DNA of 64,000 bases. It comes from Pristiophorus japonicus (lineage: Eukaryota). Numbering within the stretch: the first letter of the stretch is position 1; the number at the start of each line of letters is the position of its first letter. Location of the stretch: NCBI RefSeq assembly GCF_044704955.1, contig NW_027253674.1, forward strand, positions 434,001-498,000, given 5' to 3'. Position numbers and translations under genes: made by a program. The notes beneath the pieces were generated by a model. The model had not been told where the DNA came from, made no database searches, and saw only the letters and a list, made by a program, of their open reading frames with translations. Below are positions 24,250 through 36,639 of this stretch, piece by piece.

Positions 24250-25230
24250 AATGTATATATGTGGTTATGTCGAAATGTTTGTTTATGTTGAGGTGTATGT
24301 GTGTGTGACTTTTCGTGTAACATTGTGTTCACATGTAAGTGTGTGTGTGTGTGTGTGTTTTGTGTTAGTTTGTGTTTGGATTGAAAGGCATGTCCATGCT
24401 TGTGTAAGTGTGTTGAGGTATGTGTTTTCCTGTAAGTGTATGGTTATGTCTCAATGTTGTTCATGTTTGGTGAGTGTTTGTGTGTGTATGTTTCGTGTAA
24501 GTGTGTGTTTTGATGTGTGTGTATAAGTGCAATAGTGTGTTTGCATGTAAGCATGTGTGTGTTTTGTGTAAATCTGTATTTGATTTGATGCATTTGTTTA
24601 CGAGTGTGTGTGTGTTTTGTGCAAGTCTGTGTGTGGATTGACGTGTGTATTTACCTGTGTGTAAGTCTGTTTTTGTGTTTTGTGTAAGTGTGTGTGTGGA
24701 TTGATGTGTGTGTAAGTGTGTTTTTGCAAGTGTGTGTGTGGGTAGATGTGTGTGTTTATGTGTGTGTAAGTGTGTATAAATGTGTTTTGTGTAAGTGTGT
24801 GTGTGTGGATTGATGTGTGTGTTTATGTGTGTGTAAGTGTGTGTGTGCTTTGTGTAAATGTGTGTGTAGATTGATGTATGTGTTGATATGTGTGCAAATG
24901 TGTGTAAGTGTGTTTTGTGTATGCGTGTCTGGATTGATATGTGTGTCTATGCTTGTGTAAGTGTGTATAAGGTTCCGTTGTGTTAGTGTACGTTTCGATT
25001 GACGTGTATTATTGTTTTGTTCAAAGTTTCAGAGATACCAATAACTGGATTTGACAATGATGGTTTTCATTATATTCTAGTAATGTATAATATTATGTTT
25101 CAGGTTGTTAGTATGTCTTTATATGTAAGTCTTTGTGTGTTCATGTGTAATTGTGCACTTACACAAAAACACAAACTTATACAAAATCATCAAAACACTT
25201 ACATGTGAACACACACAAACTCACTTTCAC
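24250..25230. repeat. TG-rich low-complexity/degenerate satellite with a short inverted CA-rich arm
   Basis: (TG)n-like units such as gtaagtgtgtgtgtggattgatgtg; orientation is reversed at ~25155-25230. Confidence 0.85.
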
Positions 25231-25901
25231 ATGTATTCTCCTCCGCTCTATGTAAATCTGTTCTGTGTGAGGCGCAATGTGATATCAGCCGAACGAATGC
25301 AACAATTCAACCGATGGGCTTCAGCAACATCAGGGACACAACTGTGAGAAACTCGGAGAGGATTCAGTCACCAGTTTAGACATGGCCCATTAGAATTCAA
25401 CATGTTAGTTTACAATTAACATTGACTGTTGCATCCCCAAGCCTATTTAAAAATATTATGTGGAATAAATAATTATTTCAGAATATAATACTCATATGGC
25501 AAGTTTAACATTTTTAGATCATGGATTAGAATGTACGATGGCAACTTAGTGCATTAAAAAGAGAGTGGTTCACTTCCCATCTCCCTGCGGGAGGGGCAGT
25601 GGGGGTTACATGAATTACACGTTTCCCTTTCTCCTCTCGCTGGTGCGTGTGAGAGGTACAGTGAGTTAAAATTACCCTTTACTCCCTCTCAGTTGAAGTT
25701 ACCTTCAGGAATCCTGTAATGAGAGAACTCCACCCAGTTTCTAATTCATGCTGTATCTGAGCTGGGAGCGCTGGCTGTACAAGCCTTGGGACCAAGATCC
25801 GCAAACACCCTACTTCAGATAAACAGCCCTCACATTGGCCAAAATAGGAAACATAATTAATTGAGTGGCTGTGTGTTCAACTCACGATTGAAGAAAAGCC
25901 C

Positions 25902-25959
25902 TTTATTGTTTTTTATTTAAGGACTGAAATGCAATCGAGACATTCTCATTGACAAGAAT
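25902..25959 (-). pseudogene. Displaced end of the IgM secretory tail (N)SCQ-stop plus poly(A) signals
   Basis: The minus strand reads AT TCT TGT CAA TGA at 25946-25959, with AATAAA at 25902-25907 and 25912-25917. This completes the tail ...LMDTF cut at ~32623. Confidence 0.8.
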
Positions 25960-27181
25960 GACTAAGAAAGCAATAAAGGAAGGAAAGATAGATTACAAAG
26001 GTAAACTTGCGCAAAACATGAAAACGGATAGTAAAAGCTTTTACCGATATGTAAAACGGAAAAGAGTGACTAAAGTAAATGTTAGTCCCTTAGAAGATGA
26101 GAAGGGGGATTTAATAATGGGAAATGTGGAAATTGCTGAGAGCTTAAACAATTATTTTGCTTCGGTCTTCACAGTGGAAGACACAAAAACCATGCCAGAA
26201 ATTGCTGGTCAAAGGAATGTGGGAAGGGAGGACCTTGAAACAATCACTATCACTAGGGAGGTAGTGCTGGACAGGCTAATGGGACTCAAGGTAGACAAGT
26301 CCCCCGGTCCTGATGAAATGCATCGCAGGGATAAAGAGATGGCGGAAGTTATAGCAGATGCATTCGTTAAAATCCACCAAAACTCTCTGGACTCTGGGGA
26401 GATACCAGCGGATTGGAAAGCAGCTAATGTAACACCTCTGTTTAAAAAAGAGGGCAGGCAAAAGGCAGGTAACTATAGGCCGGTTAGTTTAACATCTGTA
26501 GTGGGGAAAATGCTTGAAACTATCATTAAGGAAGAAAGAGCGGGACATCTAGATTGGAATAGTGCAATCAAGCAGACGCAGCATGGATTCATGAAGGGGA
26601 AATCATGTTTAACTAATTTACTGGAATTCTTTGAGGATATAACGAGCATGGTGGATAGAGGTGTACCGATGGATGTGGTGTATTTAGATTTTCAAAAGGC
26701 ATTCGATTCGGTGCCACACAAAAGGTTACTGCAGAAGATAAAGGCACGTGGAGTCAGAGGAAAAGTATTAGCATGGATAGAGAATTGGCTGGCTAACAGA
26801 AAGCAGAGAGTCGCGATAAATGGGTCCTTTTTGGGTTGGAAATCGGTGGTTAGTGGTGTGCCACAGGGATCGGGGCTGGGACTACAACTGTTTTCAATAT
26901 ATATAGATGACCTGGAAGAGGGGACAGAGTATAGTGTAACAAAATTTGCAGATGACACAAAGATTAGTGGGAAAACGGGTTGTGCAGAGGACACAGAGAG
27001 GCTGCAAATAAATTTAGGTAGGTTAGAGAATGGGCTAAGATTTGGCAGATGGAATACAATGTCGGAAATTGTGAGGTCATCCACCTTGAGGGAAAAAAAC
27101 AGCAAAAGGGAATATTATTTGAATGGGGAGAAATTATAACATGCTGCGATGCAGAGGGACCTGGGGGTCCTTGTGCATGAA

Positions 27182-30100
27182 ACTCTTTTAGGAGCAAACA
27201 AAAAACATTAAGCCGTGCCCCCCGATCTGGGGGAAACACCAACATTTACAAGGTTTATTTTTGGCACAAAAACATATTTTTTCTCCAAGTGCCCCCTATA
27301 AAAGGGGAGGGGGACAGTAAAAGCACCGGCAATTAAAACAAATTAACTTAAAAATATGAAATCAAGTTAAAATTTGGTTGCCGGGCGTGATGATGCACTC
27401 CAGTCCCTCCGGTGCCCACCTCTTGCGGAAGGCCACGAGCGTACCGGTGGACAATGCATGCTCCATCTCCAGGGACACCCTTCACCGGATGTATGCGCGG
27501 GAGAGAGGCAGCCAGTCTGGCTGAACGACCCCCTCGACCGCCTGCTGCCTGGACCGGCTGAGGGCCCCCTTGGCCGTGCCCAGGAGCAGTCCTACGAGGA
27601 GGCCCTCGGACCTACCCGCTCCCCTCCGCACAGGGTGCCCAAAGATCAGGAGTGTGGGACTGAAGTGCAGCCAGAATTTCAGGAGCAGCCCCTTTAAATA
27701 ACAAAACAGGGGCTGCAACCTCGTGCACTCAATAAAAACATGGAACACGGACTCTTCCAGACCGCAGAAATTGCAGGCGGACTGGGAGCCCGTGAACAGG
27801 CTTAAACATTTATTGCACGGCACTGCTCCGTGCATCACCCTCTAGGCCAAGTCCCCGGCAAATAGTGGGAGGACCCCTGCGTAGAGTGCCCTCCATCGGG
27901 GACCCCCGCCTCCTCTGCACGGCAAGATGGTACACCATGGCGTGTCCGGACGGCCGGCGAGGATGGCAAAGTTGAGTGTGAAGGAGCAGCCCGTACAGGA
28001 AACCCCTCCGCGCGGAACTGAAAGGCACGGAGGGGATTTCCCCGAGGCGGCTGAAGTTGTGAGGCTCCGGCCCCCGAGGGAGGTTCCGGGGTTTGGCGCC
28101 GATGAGGAATTCCGTCCGGACGGGGGTCAGTTCGGATGGGATCTCCCCACGTGCTTGAGCCTCCTCGATGCACCTAACGGCCCAGAGCTGTTTTTAGCGA
28201 CTCGATGGCATCGGCCGCGTGGCGGACGTTGGCAGAATTTAGGCGCCGCGCCAGCGTGTCTGGTGCCATCCAGCCCGCTCCTCCACCATCGAGTAGGTCC
28301 CTGACCCTGGTCACCTCACCAGCCACAGCCCTCTCTTCCGACTGCCACAAAAAACCTTGGTCGTGGAGGTACGGATTCCCGAGCAGCGGCTCCTGCAGGA
28401 CGGCCGCCACTCCAGCCGGTGGAGAGCTGCGCTTAGGGGAGACTTTGTTCCAGACCCTGATGAGTTCCTTGTAAAAGACAGGCAGCTCCCGGCGGGCTGT
28501 CCTGACGCCCCCCACACTCACAAACAGGAGCTGCTTGTCGTAGTTGAGGCCGTGCTGCTGGCGGAAGAAATACCTCGCCAGAGCACACCACCTAGGAGGG
28601 GGCTCGACGTAAAGGTATCTCTGCAGGGTCTGAAGACGGAAAGTCGCGAGCTGGGTGCTGCCGCACACCAACGACTGACCGCCCTCCTCAAGCGGGAGAC
28701 TCAAGACCGCGGCAGAGACCCAGTGCTTCCTGTTGTTCCAGAAGAAGTCCACCAGCTTCTTCTGTATCTTGGCGACAAACGCAGGGGGAGGGGTCAAAGT
28801 GACCAGCCGGTACCACAACATGGCGGCCACCAGCTGGTTTATGACTAGCGCTCGACCCCTGTAGGACAGCACTCGGAGCAGTCCTGTCCAGCGCCCTAGG
28901 CGAGCGGCGACCTTGGCCTCCAGCTCTTGCCAGTTCGCCGGCCAGGCTTCCTCGTCGGGGCCAAGGTAGACTCCCAGATAGAGGAGATAGGTCGTGCTCC
29001 AGGCTAAAGGCCTGAGCTCCTCCGGCAGGGAGTCCACCCGCCACTGACCCACCAGGAGTCCGGAACATTTCTCCCAATTGATTCTGGCGGAGGACGCGGC
29101 CGAGTAAATCTCCTGGCACTCACGCATACTCCGCAGGTCAGCGGGATCCTCCCCCGCGAGGAGCACGTCATCGGCGTAAGCCGAGAGGACGACCTCCACG
29201 CCCGGCCCTTGCAGAGCCAGTCCCGTCAACCTCGTCCGCAAGCGCGCAGGAAAGGCTCCACGCAGATGGCATATAACTGGCCAGACATGGGGCATCCCTG
29301 GCGCACCCCTCTCCTAAAGCGAAGGGGCGCCGTCAAGGACCCGTTAACCTTTATCAGACACTCCGCAGCGGCGTACAAAAGTCGGATCCGGGTGACGAAA
29401 TGCATCCCGAACCCGAAAGCGCGCAGAGTTCCGAGCAGATAGTCGTGATCCACCCTGTCGAACGCCTTCTCTTGGTCGAGGGATAGGAAGGCGACCGACA
29501 GACCAGCCTCTTGGGAACAATGGATGAGGTCCCGGACCAGATGGATGTTATCGTGGATTGTCCGGCCCGGGACCATGTAGGACTGGTCGGGGTGGATCAT
29601 GTGGTCCAGCACGGCACCAAGGCGAGCAGACATCGCCCTGGCGAAGATTTTGTAGTTTGTGCTGAGGAGGGAGACCGGGCGCCAGTTCTTAAGGAGGCGG
29701 AGATCGCCCTTCTTAGGCAGCAGGACGATGACTGACCTGCGCCAAGAGAGGTGCATCTCCCCGGTCGCCAGACTTTCCCCCAGGACCCGCGCGTAGTCGC
29801 TCCCCAGGACGTCCCAGAATGCCTGTGGAACTCCACGGTCAGCCCGTCCAGCCCCGGGGATTTTCCCCTCGAGAGCCAGTCGAGGGCACCGGTCAGCTCC
29901 GCCAGGCTTAGCGGAGCTTCCAGATTTTCGGCGCCTTCCAGGCTGACCTTCGGCAGGTCCTCCCACAAAACTCTACGCGCTTCCTCGCTGGACGGCTCCG
30001 GAGAGACAAGGGCCCGCCCGCGGCCATGGTTTTAACTGCGGCACGGACGGAAGCGACGAGCAGCCCCGGCTCGGACCATCTTTCCAGGGCCAGACGGGCT

Positions 30101-31717
30101 TGGTCGCGGCGACCCCGGCACTGGACCAAAAAGTCCCGGAGTTCCTTTACAGGAATGAGGAGGGTCTCAGCGGCGGCCGCGAGCAGATCCACCGGCTCAC
30201 TGGCGATGGACTCGAGATCTTCACCCGCGTCCCCCACCGAGTCTCCGTCCCCCTCCGGGAGGTCGCCGCCAGCAGCCGGCCCATCGACCGCACGAGGTAC
30301 GGCAAACGGCCCGGCCGCTCCATCCGGCCCTGGCTCTGCCCCGATCCCACCCCCATGATCGTCGGCAGAGGAGTCCCCACTGAGCTCTTTTAAAAGTGGT
30401 GCTGGGTCGGGAAGCGAAAACGGAAGGGGTTCCTCCTCCGCCCCAGGAGCCGGGGAACACGGAGAGACCTGGTTAAGGAAATTCTCCAGGTCCACCAAGT
30501 CCCTCAGCTCCAAAGTAGGGGGCGAGGGTTGTTGTTCTTCCCCCTCCCGCCGCCACCCCCCGGCCCAGCGTGTGGATGTATATTACAGTTGTCTCCAGTG
30601 TCAGCTTCTGCCGAGTCGAGCAAATCCCAGGGGAAGTTGGGTATTGGCTGGGCGGGCTCAGGTTCGGCCTTTTCGGCCTCGCACGCCTTAGTCCCCGGGA
30701 CGCTCGACCCGGCGGCTACGGATTCTTCCGCTGGCCCCACGCCCCTCACGACAGGCAGATCTTCCACGTCATCCCCAGGAGGCAACGGCTGGGCAGCCTC
30801 GACTGCCTCACCCTCCCCGGGGACAGATTCCTCGCGCCTACAGCGCAGCTTGGAGGTGCTGGTGGGGGACGCGGGACACGCAGCGGGCACCGACTCCTCC
30901 GCGGAGGGATGTTGTTCCCCCTCCACCTCATTGGAGCGGCGCCTCCTTTTTTTCCTGGGGGTGCGCGGAGGCAGGGAGACCTCCATGTCTGCCGATGCCT
31001 CCCGCTCCACTCCCCCCTTTTTCTTGTCTTGCCCACGCCCGAACCCCTCTGTGATACTAGTCAAGGGCTCGGGCACGGGCTCAGGGCACCCCGCGCTCGC
31101 CGGTGACGGGGTTTGGCCGAGCGCGGTAAACAGTCTTTGGGGTGATCTTCGGGTGGGGAGAGAAGATGTCTTCACCTGGGGCAGCTGGAGCCACACAGGT
31201 ACACACTCCCAACGATGTTAATTAGGGTGATTGAGTTTCTTCAGCCTGGCAGCTCCAGCTATCCCAGGCTAGGCAATTGGGTGACGGGTGCTTCAGTGGT
31301 GTGTGGGCCTAGCTGTAGGCAAGACCCCCACACACACTTCCACATACACACCCCCCCCCCCCGCGATGTTCTGGCCCTCGATTGGTCTTCTTTCCTCCCC
31401 CCACCGATTTTGGTGAATGCACCAAAACACACCCACCTTTCGCTGAAGAAGTCTTTTCCTCCTTCCACACTGGTAAGTTGTTGTTCTTTTTTCCACCTCT
31501 TTCCAACTCTTTGTTGAAATAATGAAGGTGTTGCTGTCTTCTGCTCTCCTCCTCTCACTCTAGATGAATGGTAATGAAGCCCCTTCCTACCTCCTGTTCC
31601 TGGGCTGGTCTCAGGGCTCACTCCAGGCCTTCCAGACAGAAGCTAAAGCAGGGAGTTCCTTCTCTCACAGCAGCCAGACTCCAAGTGCATAGGCCACGCC
31701 TCCAAAGCTCCATCATT
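27182..31717 (-). mobile_element. Tx1-clade non-LTR retrotransposon, internally deleted, flanked by a 16-bp TSD
   Basis: GC-rich ORF2 pieces read KSPGLDGLTVEF, KNWRPVSLL, LDQEKAFDRV, GVRQGCP, AYADD and C-terminal CNFC..ESVFHVFIEC. An acidic ORF1 C-terminus lies at 30020-31190. The TSD ggtccttgtgcatgaa is at 27166-27181 and 31718-31733. Confidence 0.9.
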
Positions 31718-31733
31718 GGTCCTTGTGCATGAA

Positions 31734-31930
31734 ACTCTTTTTGGGAGTAAATAAAAAACATTAAACCGTACCCCCCCCCCCCCCCCCGATCTGGGGGAAA
31801 CACCAAACATTACAGGCCCTTTTATTTTTTGTGGTATTTTTTGGGGGGTTTTTTTGGGCACAAAAACATATTTTTTCTCCAAGTGTCCCCTATAAAAGGG
31901 GAGGGGGACACTAAAAGCACCGGCAATTAA
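31734..31930 (-). mobile_element. Second, extremely 5'-truncated Tx1 copy (3' UTR only)
   Basis: Diverged paralog of 27182-27336 (cgatctgggggaaacacc; tataaaaggggagggggac; aaagcaccggcaattaa) with the same 3' junction. Confidence 0.88.
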
Positions 31931-32622
31931 TGTTAGTTTGCAGGTGCAACAGGTAATCAGGAAGGCGAATGGAATGTTGGCCTTCATTGCGAGAGGGATG
32001 GAGTACAAAAGCAAGGAATTCCTTCTACAACTGTATAGGGTATTGGTGAGGCCGCACCTGGAGTACTGCGTGCAGTTTTGATCACCTTACTTAAGGAAGG
32101 ATATACTAGCTTTGGAGGGGGTACAGAGACGACTCACGAGGCTGATTCAGGAGATGAGGGTTACCTTATGATGATAGATTGAGTAGACTGGGTCTTTACT
32201 CGTTGGAGTTCAGAAGGATGAGGGGTGATCGATAGAAACATTTAAAACAATGAAAGGCATAGACAAGATAGAGCGGAGAGGCTGTTTCCACTGCTCGGGG
32301 AGACTAGAACTAGGGGGCAAAGCCTCAAAATACAGGGGAGCCAATTTAAAACCGAGTTGAGAAGGAATTTCTTCTCCCACAGAGTTGTGAATCTGTGGAA
32401 TTATCTGCAAAGGGGAGGAATTGAGGATAGCTCATTGAATGTATTCAATTCACAGAAAGATAGATTTTCAACCAATAAGGGAATTAAGGGTTATGGGGAG
32501 CGGGAGGGTAAGTGGAGCTGAGTCCACGGCCAGATCAGCCATGATCTTGTTGAATGGCGGAGCAGGCTCGAGATGCAAGATGGCCTACTCCTGTTCCTAA
32601 TTCTTATGTTCTTATGTTCTTA

Positions 32623-32987
32623 TGAAGGTGTCCATCAGAACAAGGGAAATGCTTTACCACTGGATTTATTGACGGTTCTGTTGGTGATTATCAAGGGGAT
32701 CGCTTCATGTCCCACCACACAGGAGTAAGAAGCGCCGCTGGCCCATACCTCGGCTGCAATGGATAGCAGGCTGTACATGAAGAAGGAGCTGCTGCCGTTC
32801 TCCTCCATCACCTCGGTGTTCTTGTAGTTGCCGGAATCCACCGGCTTGTCATTGACGGTCCATTTGATGAAGATCTCTCGGGGGGAGAAACCTCTCACTA
32901 AACAGGTGAGGCTGACCAACCTCTGAGCGGAGACTTCTTCTGCTGAGGGCAGGAGGACAGACACGGCTGGTTCCCGCGGATCTTTCG
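32623..32987 (-). pseudogene. IGHM: IgM heavy chain Cmu4 exon plus disrupted secretory tail
   Basis: After a CAG acceptor it reads [42 protein letters not shown]...[28 protein letters not shown], closely matching shark Cmu4. A small frameshifting deletion precedes ISLVLMDTF. Confidence 0.95.
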
Positions 32988-33922
32988 CTGTAGAACAGTT
33001 ACAATAAAGACCAATGAACTGGATAGTTCCAGAGACAATGGGGGAATTTCAACCCAATACAGCGGGCGGGTTTTGGGCGTGAAGGTTGTTAAATTGGTAA
33101 AAATTAGAATCCCGACCTCAACTCGCTCACTTCCGGTTGTAATATTATATTTGAGTAATATATTTAAATGAGACTTGAATCCTCTATTTTAACCACCATT
33201 TGGTGTTTAACAGTCGCTGGTCCGGTTTGACACACTGTGTAAATCTCAGCAGTTACAGCAAGGTGGAGATTGCTGCTCCCAGGTGGTAATTGCCCTTACA
33301 CCTACGTCCTGGATCCAGGGTCCCTGCCTAACCCACCCCCCGCGATCCACGACCTCCTCACTCGGCTTCCAATCCTCCCGTTCTCACTGGTGGCCTGTAA
33401 GACCAACGCCCACAACTCGCCTTCCTCATTTAAATTCAGCCAATTTCCGGTGGTTAGATGTGAGAGAAATGGACTCCGCATTGAATTTTGACGCTTTTCC
33501 TTTTCCCCTCTGTTGCCTCTCTGGTTTTCCATCCCTTATCCGATTTTCTATGTTTCTATGTTTCTATGTAATCTTTCTCTCTGAAATCTTGAAGCATTGG
33601 ACTGGAAAATGACAAAGAATTTAATGCACAGAACGAGGAGATTTGGCTAACTGGTCTATGCCGGTGTTTATGATCCAAACAAGCCTCCTCCGAGCCCACT
33701 TCATCTAAACCTAATAATATACCCTTCTATTTCTTTCTCGCTCATGGACTTATCCAGTTTCCCCTAAAATACATAATGTCAGGTCCCAGAGTGCTGAGTT
33801 GGTGGAATTACCAACCTGAATGATCAGAGTAGCCATTAAACACTTTATATAATCAATTGGCCCTTGCACACGCATCGAAATTGTCGCAGTGTCTCACTTA
33901 TTGCAACAATCTCCCCGCTCAC

Positions 33923-34230
33923 CCTTTTCCTTGTGGATGGAATCTCTGAGAGGAGTCGGCATATCCTGATGGCTCACCACGCAGTAGAACTTATCCCCAC
34001 TCAGCCAGTCTTGTGTCGAGATGTTTAAGTTGCTGATCACACTGTTGGGATCCTCTCCGGGTTGGACGGCAATCACTGATTTTAAAGTCTTGTTTTTTCG
34101 GGTCCAGGTCACGGTGAGCCCATAAGGAGCATCAGACACGACGTAGGTTAAGGTCATCGTCGCCTCCAGTAAAACCTGTTCCAGTGACGGTGGGCGAAGA
34201 GTGATTTTTAATCGCTGCATGGGACATCCA
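33923..34230 (-). pseudogene. IGHM: IgM Cmu3 exon (308 bp, frameshifted; first Ig Cys replaced by Tyr)
   Basis: [25 protein letters not shown]...[41 protein letters not shown], with intact AG/GT boundaries. Confidence 0.93.
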
Positions 34231-34937
34231 CTGCGAAACAGGAATGAAAGTCAGGAAAAGCCGCATCTTCAGAATCAGGACACCAATAATTAGCCTTAAC
34301 TCTTTCAAGGGGAATAACTCACTTTTGAGATATCAACCTCTCGCTATTGCTTGAACACCGTCGTTATGGAAGGACAATGAATTGGCAACGATTCCGGGAG
34401 GTCTGTAATATTTCCTGTGTATTTGAGCCAGAGCCACCTGTAATGGGCTGTGAAGCAAATACCTGGCGTAAAATGGGAATACATTGGGACGCAATTGTGA
34501 TGGGCATTGAATATCGCTCTTCCTGAAATCCCTTGCTCCTTTACGCCCGTCTATAGATTCTTGCACCCAAGTGCATCTCCACTGGTTATAATAGCTGAAG
34601 CCCGAATATCCCCAAGTTCAAGAGGTCTACACCAGCATTAAAGTGGTTCAAAACCAGTGTCAAATTAATTTCAGGATTTATGGGACAACAGTAAACAAAG
34701 TTAAGTTTCTAGTCTCTTGCTGCTATTTTTGTTGCGATGAAAATGTGCAGGAACCAGTCACATCCGCCGTCACAGGAGAAGGGCAAGGTCCGGATAATGG
34801 AGTTGCAAGGAATCTTTTGTGGTGGGGCATCATTTGTAATGATGTGAGGTAGTTTGTTAATATCTGTAATTACTGAACATTTATCATGTCTGGTGAGAGA
34901 GATTCAGAAAGCACTATGACCTCAGGGCATTAATAGC

Positions 34938-35460
34938 AACATAGGAACAGGAGAAGGCCATTCAGCCCATCCATCCTGTCCCGCCATCCAGTTAGATCAT
35001 GGCTCATCAACACTGAACACCATCTTCACGCCTTGGTTATGTAACCCATGATAACCTTGCCGAACAAAAATCTATCAATTTCAGTTTTCAACTTTTCAAT
35101 TGAAAGCAAGTGTCAGCAGCTTTTGGGGAGGGAAATCCCGACTTGCACTATTCTTCCTGTGAGAAAATCCTTTCTGACATCACCTCTGCACGGCCTAACT
35201 CTAATGTTAAGGTTCTGCTATTTGTTCTGGACTCTCCCATCAAACTAAATAAATGTTTCTATATCTACTCGATCAATTCCATTTGTCATCTGAAACACCT
35301 CAATTGGATCATCTCTTAACGTACTATACTCGCCACCTGATCATTTTACATTATTAGCCCCGGTATAATTAGGGTAAACCTGCAGTTTAGCACCTCCACG
35401 TATATATTTCCTGAGGTGCGGAGCGCAGAATTGGGCTCAGTACTCTGAATAGGGTAGATG
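34938..35460 (-). mobile_element. Old CR1 3'-end fragment in the Cmu2-Cmu3 intron
   Basis: cataggaacaggagaaggccattcagccc...gatcatggct is the reverse complement of a CR1 3' UTR like those at 1280-1350 and 32530-32600. Confidence 0.7.
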
Positions 35461-35639
35461 CCCATTCTTGCAGTGGGTTCCTGGCCAGTTATCAGTAAAG
35501 GATTCGAGACTCCTAATGCCATTTCGTATATGATCAGCCAACTCAGGATAAACCTGAGACTAAGGACACTTCACTCACTGCCTGACACCAGAGCAAGGGG
35601 AAAGCTTTTTTGGCGAGGTTAATATACCCTGAGCAATGA

Positions 35640-36070
35640 GGAATCCTGAACCAGAAGATCGTGGGTTAAAGTCCCACTCCAGATATTTGATCAAAATATG
35701 TAAGCTGAGTCTCTCAGTGCAGTACTGGGGGCGTGGTGCATTGTCGGAGGTGCCGTCTGTCGGATCATGTGTTAAACCAAGAATCCGTCTAACCTCTCAG
35801 GTGGAGGTAAAAGTTCCCCTGGAATTATTTCAATGGAAAGCAGAGGAGTTCTCCCTGGTAGCCTTGGAATATTAATCCCTCAAGAAATAACACTAAACAA
35901 AACAAATGGTCATTATCACACTGCTGTTTGTGGGAGCTTGCTGTGCACTAACTGACTGCCGCACTTAGTACATTACAACTGTGACCACATTTCACAACTG
36001 AATTCATTGCCTGGCAAGCGCTTTGGTTCAGTCTGTCGTCGCTGAAGGCGCTGTATAAAGGCAAAATTGT
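35640..36070 (+). mobile_element. tRNA-headed DeuSINE (SacSINE1/AmnSINE-like)
   Basis: A box-B-like gtgggttaaagtcccact is followed by the recalled Deu-type core gtcggaggtgccgtct..ttaaacc..ctctcaggtgga, then gctgtttgtgggagcttgctgtgc and a tail gaaggcgctgtataaa. A further fragment lies at ~37660-37740. Confidence 0.72.
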
Positions 36071-36201
36071 ATTGCAAGAATACACAAACTGCATGATTGG
36101 CAATTAAGAATATTCCTCTGCTTTCTACTAATTTCAATAAAAGTACTGACTGAGATCAGCGCTCAGAATGGTCTGGAACCTCCCTGGATTGTGCCTCTTA
36201 C

Positions 36202-36518
36202 CCTGAGATCTGCTGAAGTTACGGCTTTGTGCGCCCCCTTCATGAGTGACCTGGCAGGTGTAGACCGAGCCGGTGAACCATTCCCTGGCGGGGAGTGTCA
36301 GCCGACTGGCCGTCAAAACTTTTCGGTTCATCTCAAAGGTGGGAGAGGTGATGAAGCCCGTATCCAGGAGTTGTCCACTCTTCAGCCAATTCAAGGTCAT
36401 GACTTTGGCCTTAATTCGATGATTGAACACATGGCGCTTGCATATCTGCTGCTGATGATTTGTTCAGTGGAGCTTAGCAAGAGGAGAACAATTGGAGGAA
36501 CGATGATCCGTTCAGGAC
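36202..36518 (-). pseudogene. IGHM: IgM Cmu2 exon (317 bp, 1-bp frameshift near 36400)
   Basis: PPIVLLLLSSTEQIISSRYASAMCSII / MTLNWLKSGQ..SRLTLPAREWFTGSVYTCQVTHEG, with AG/GT boundaries. Confidence 0.92.
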
Positions 36519-36639
36519 CTTCACGAGAAGGCATTTTATTGACATTGCTTGCAAAATAAATGATTAAGAAATGCAAAGTGTCCTTATATTTTAACTAGTT
36601 CTTTGCTGTCTGATTCACACTAACCTGACATTTGCAGAG

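Larger units (their letters stand above)
25960..32623 (+). mobile_element. 5'-truncated CR1 LINE (25960-27181 and 31931-32623), interrupted by Tx1 insertions
   Basis: ORF 25949-27139 has KSPGPD, NYRPVSLTS, QHGF, YLDFQKAFD, GVPQGS and FADD. The element resumes at gttagtttgcagg and ends in a (TTCTTATG)3 tail at ~32601-32624. Confidence 0.95.

Noticed and set aside
27374-31221. Numerous plus-strand ORFs over the Tx1 element
   Set aside because: They are antisense shadows of GC-rich Tx1 coding sequence.
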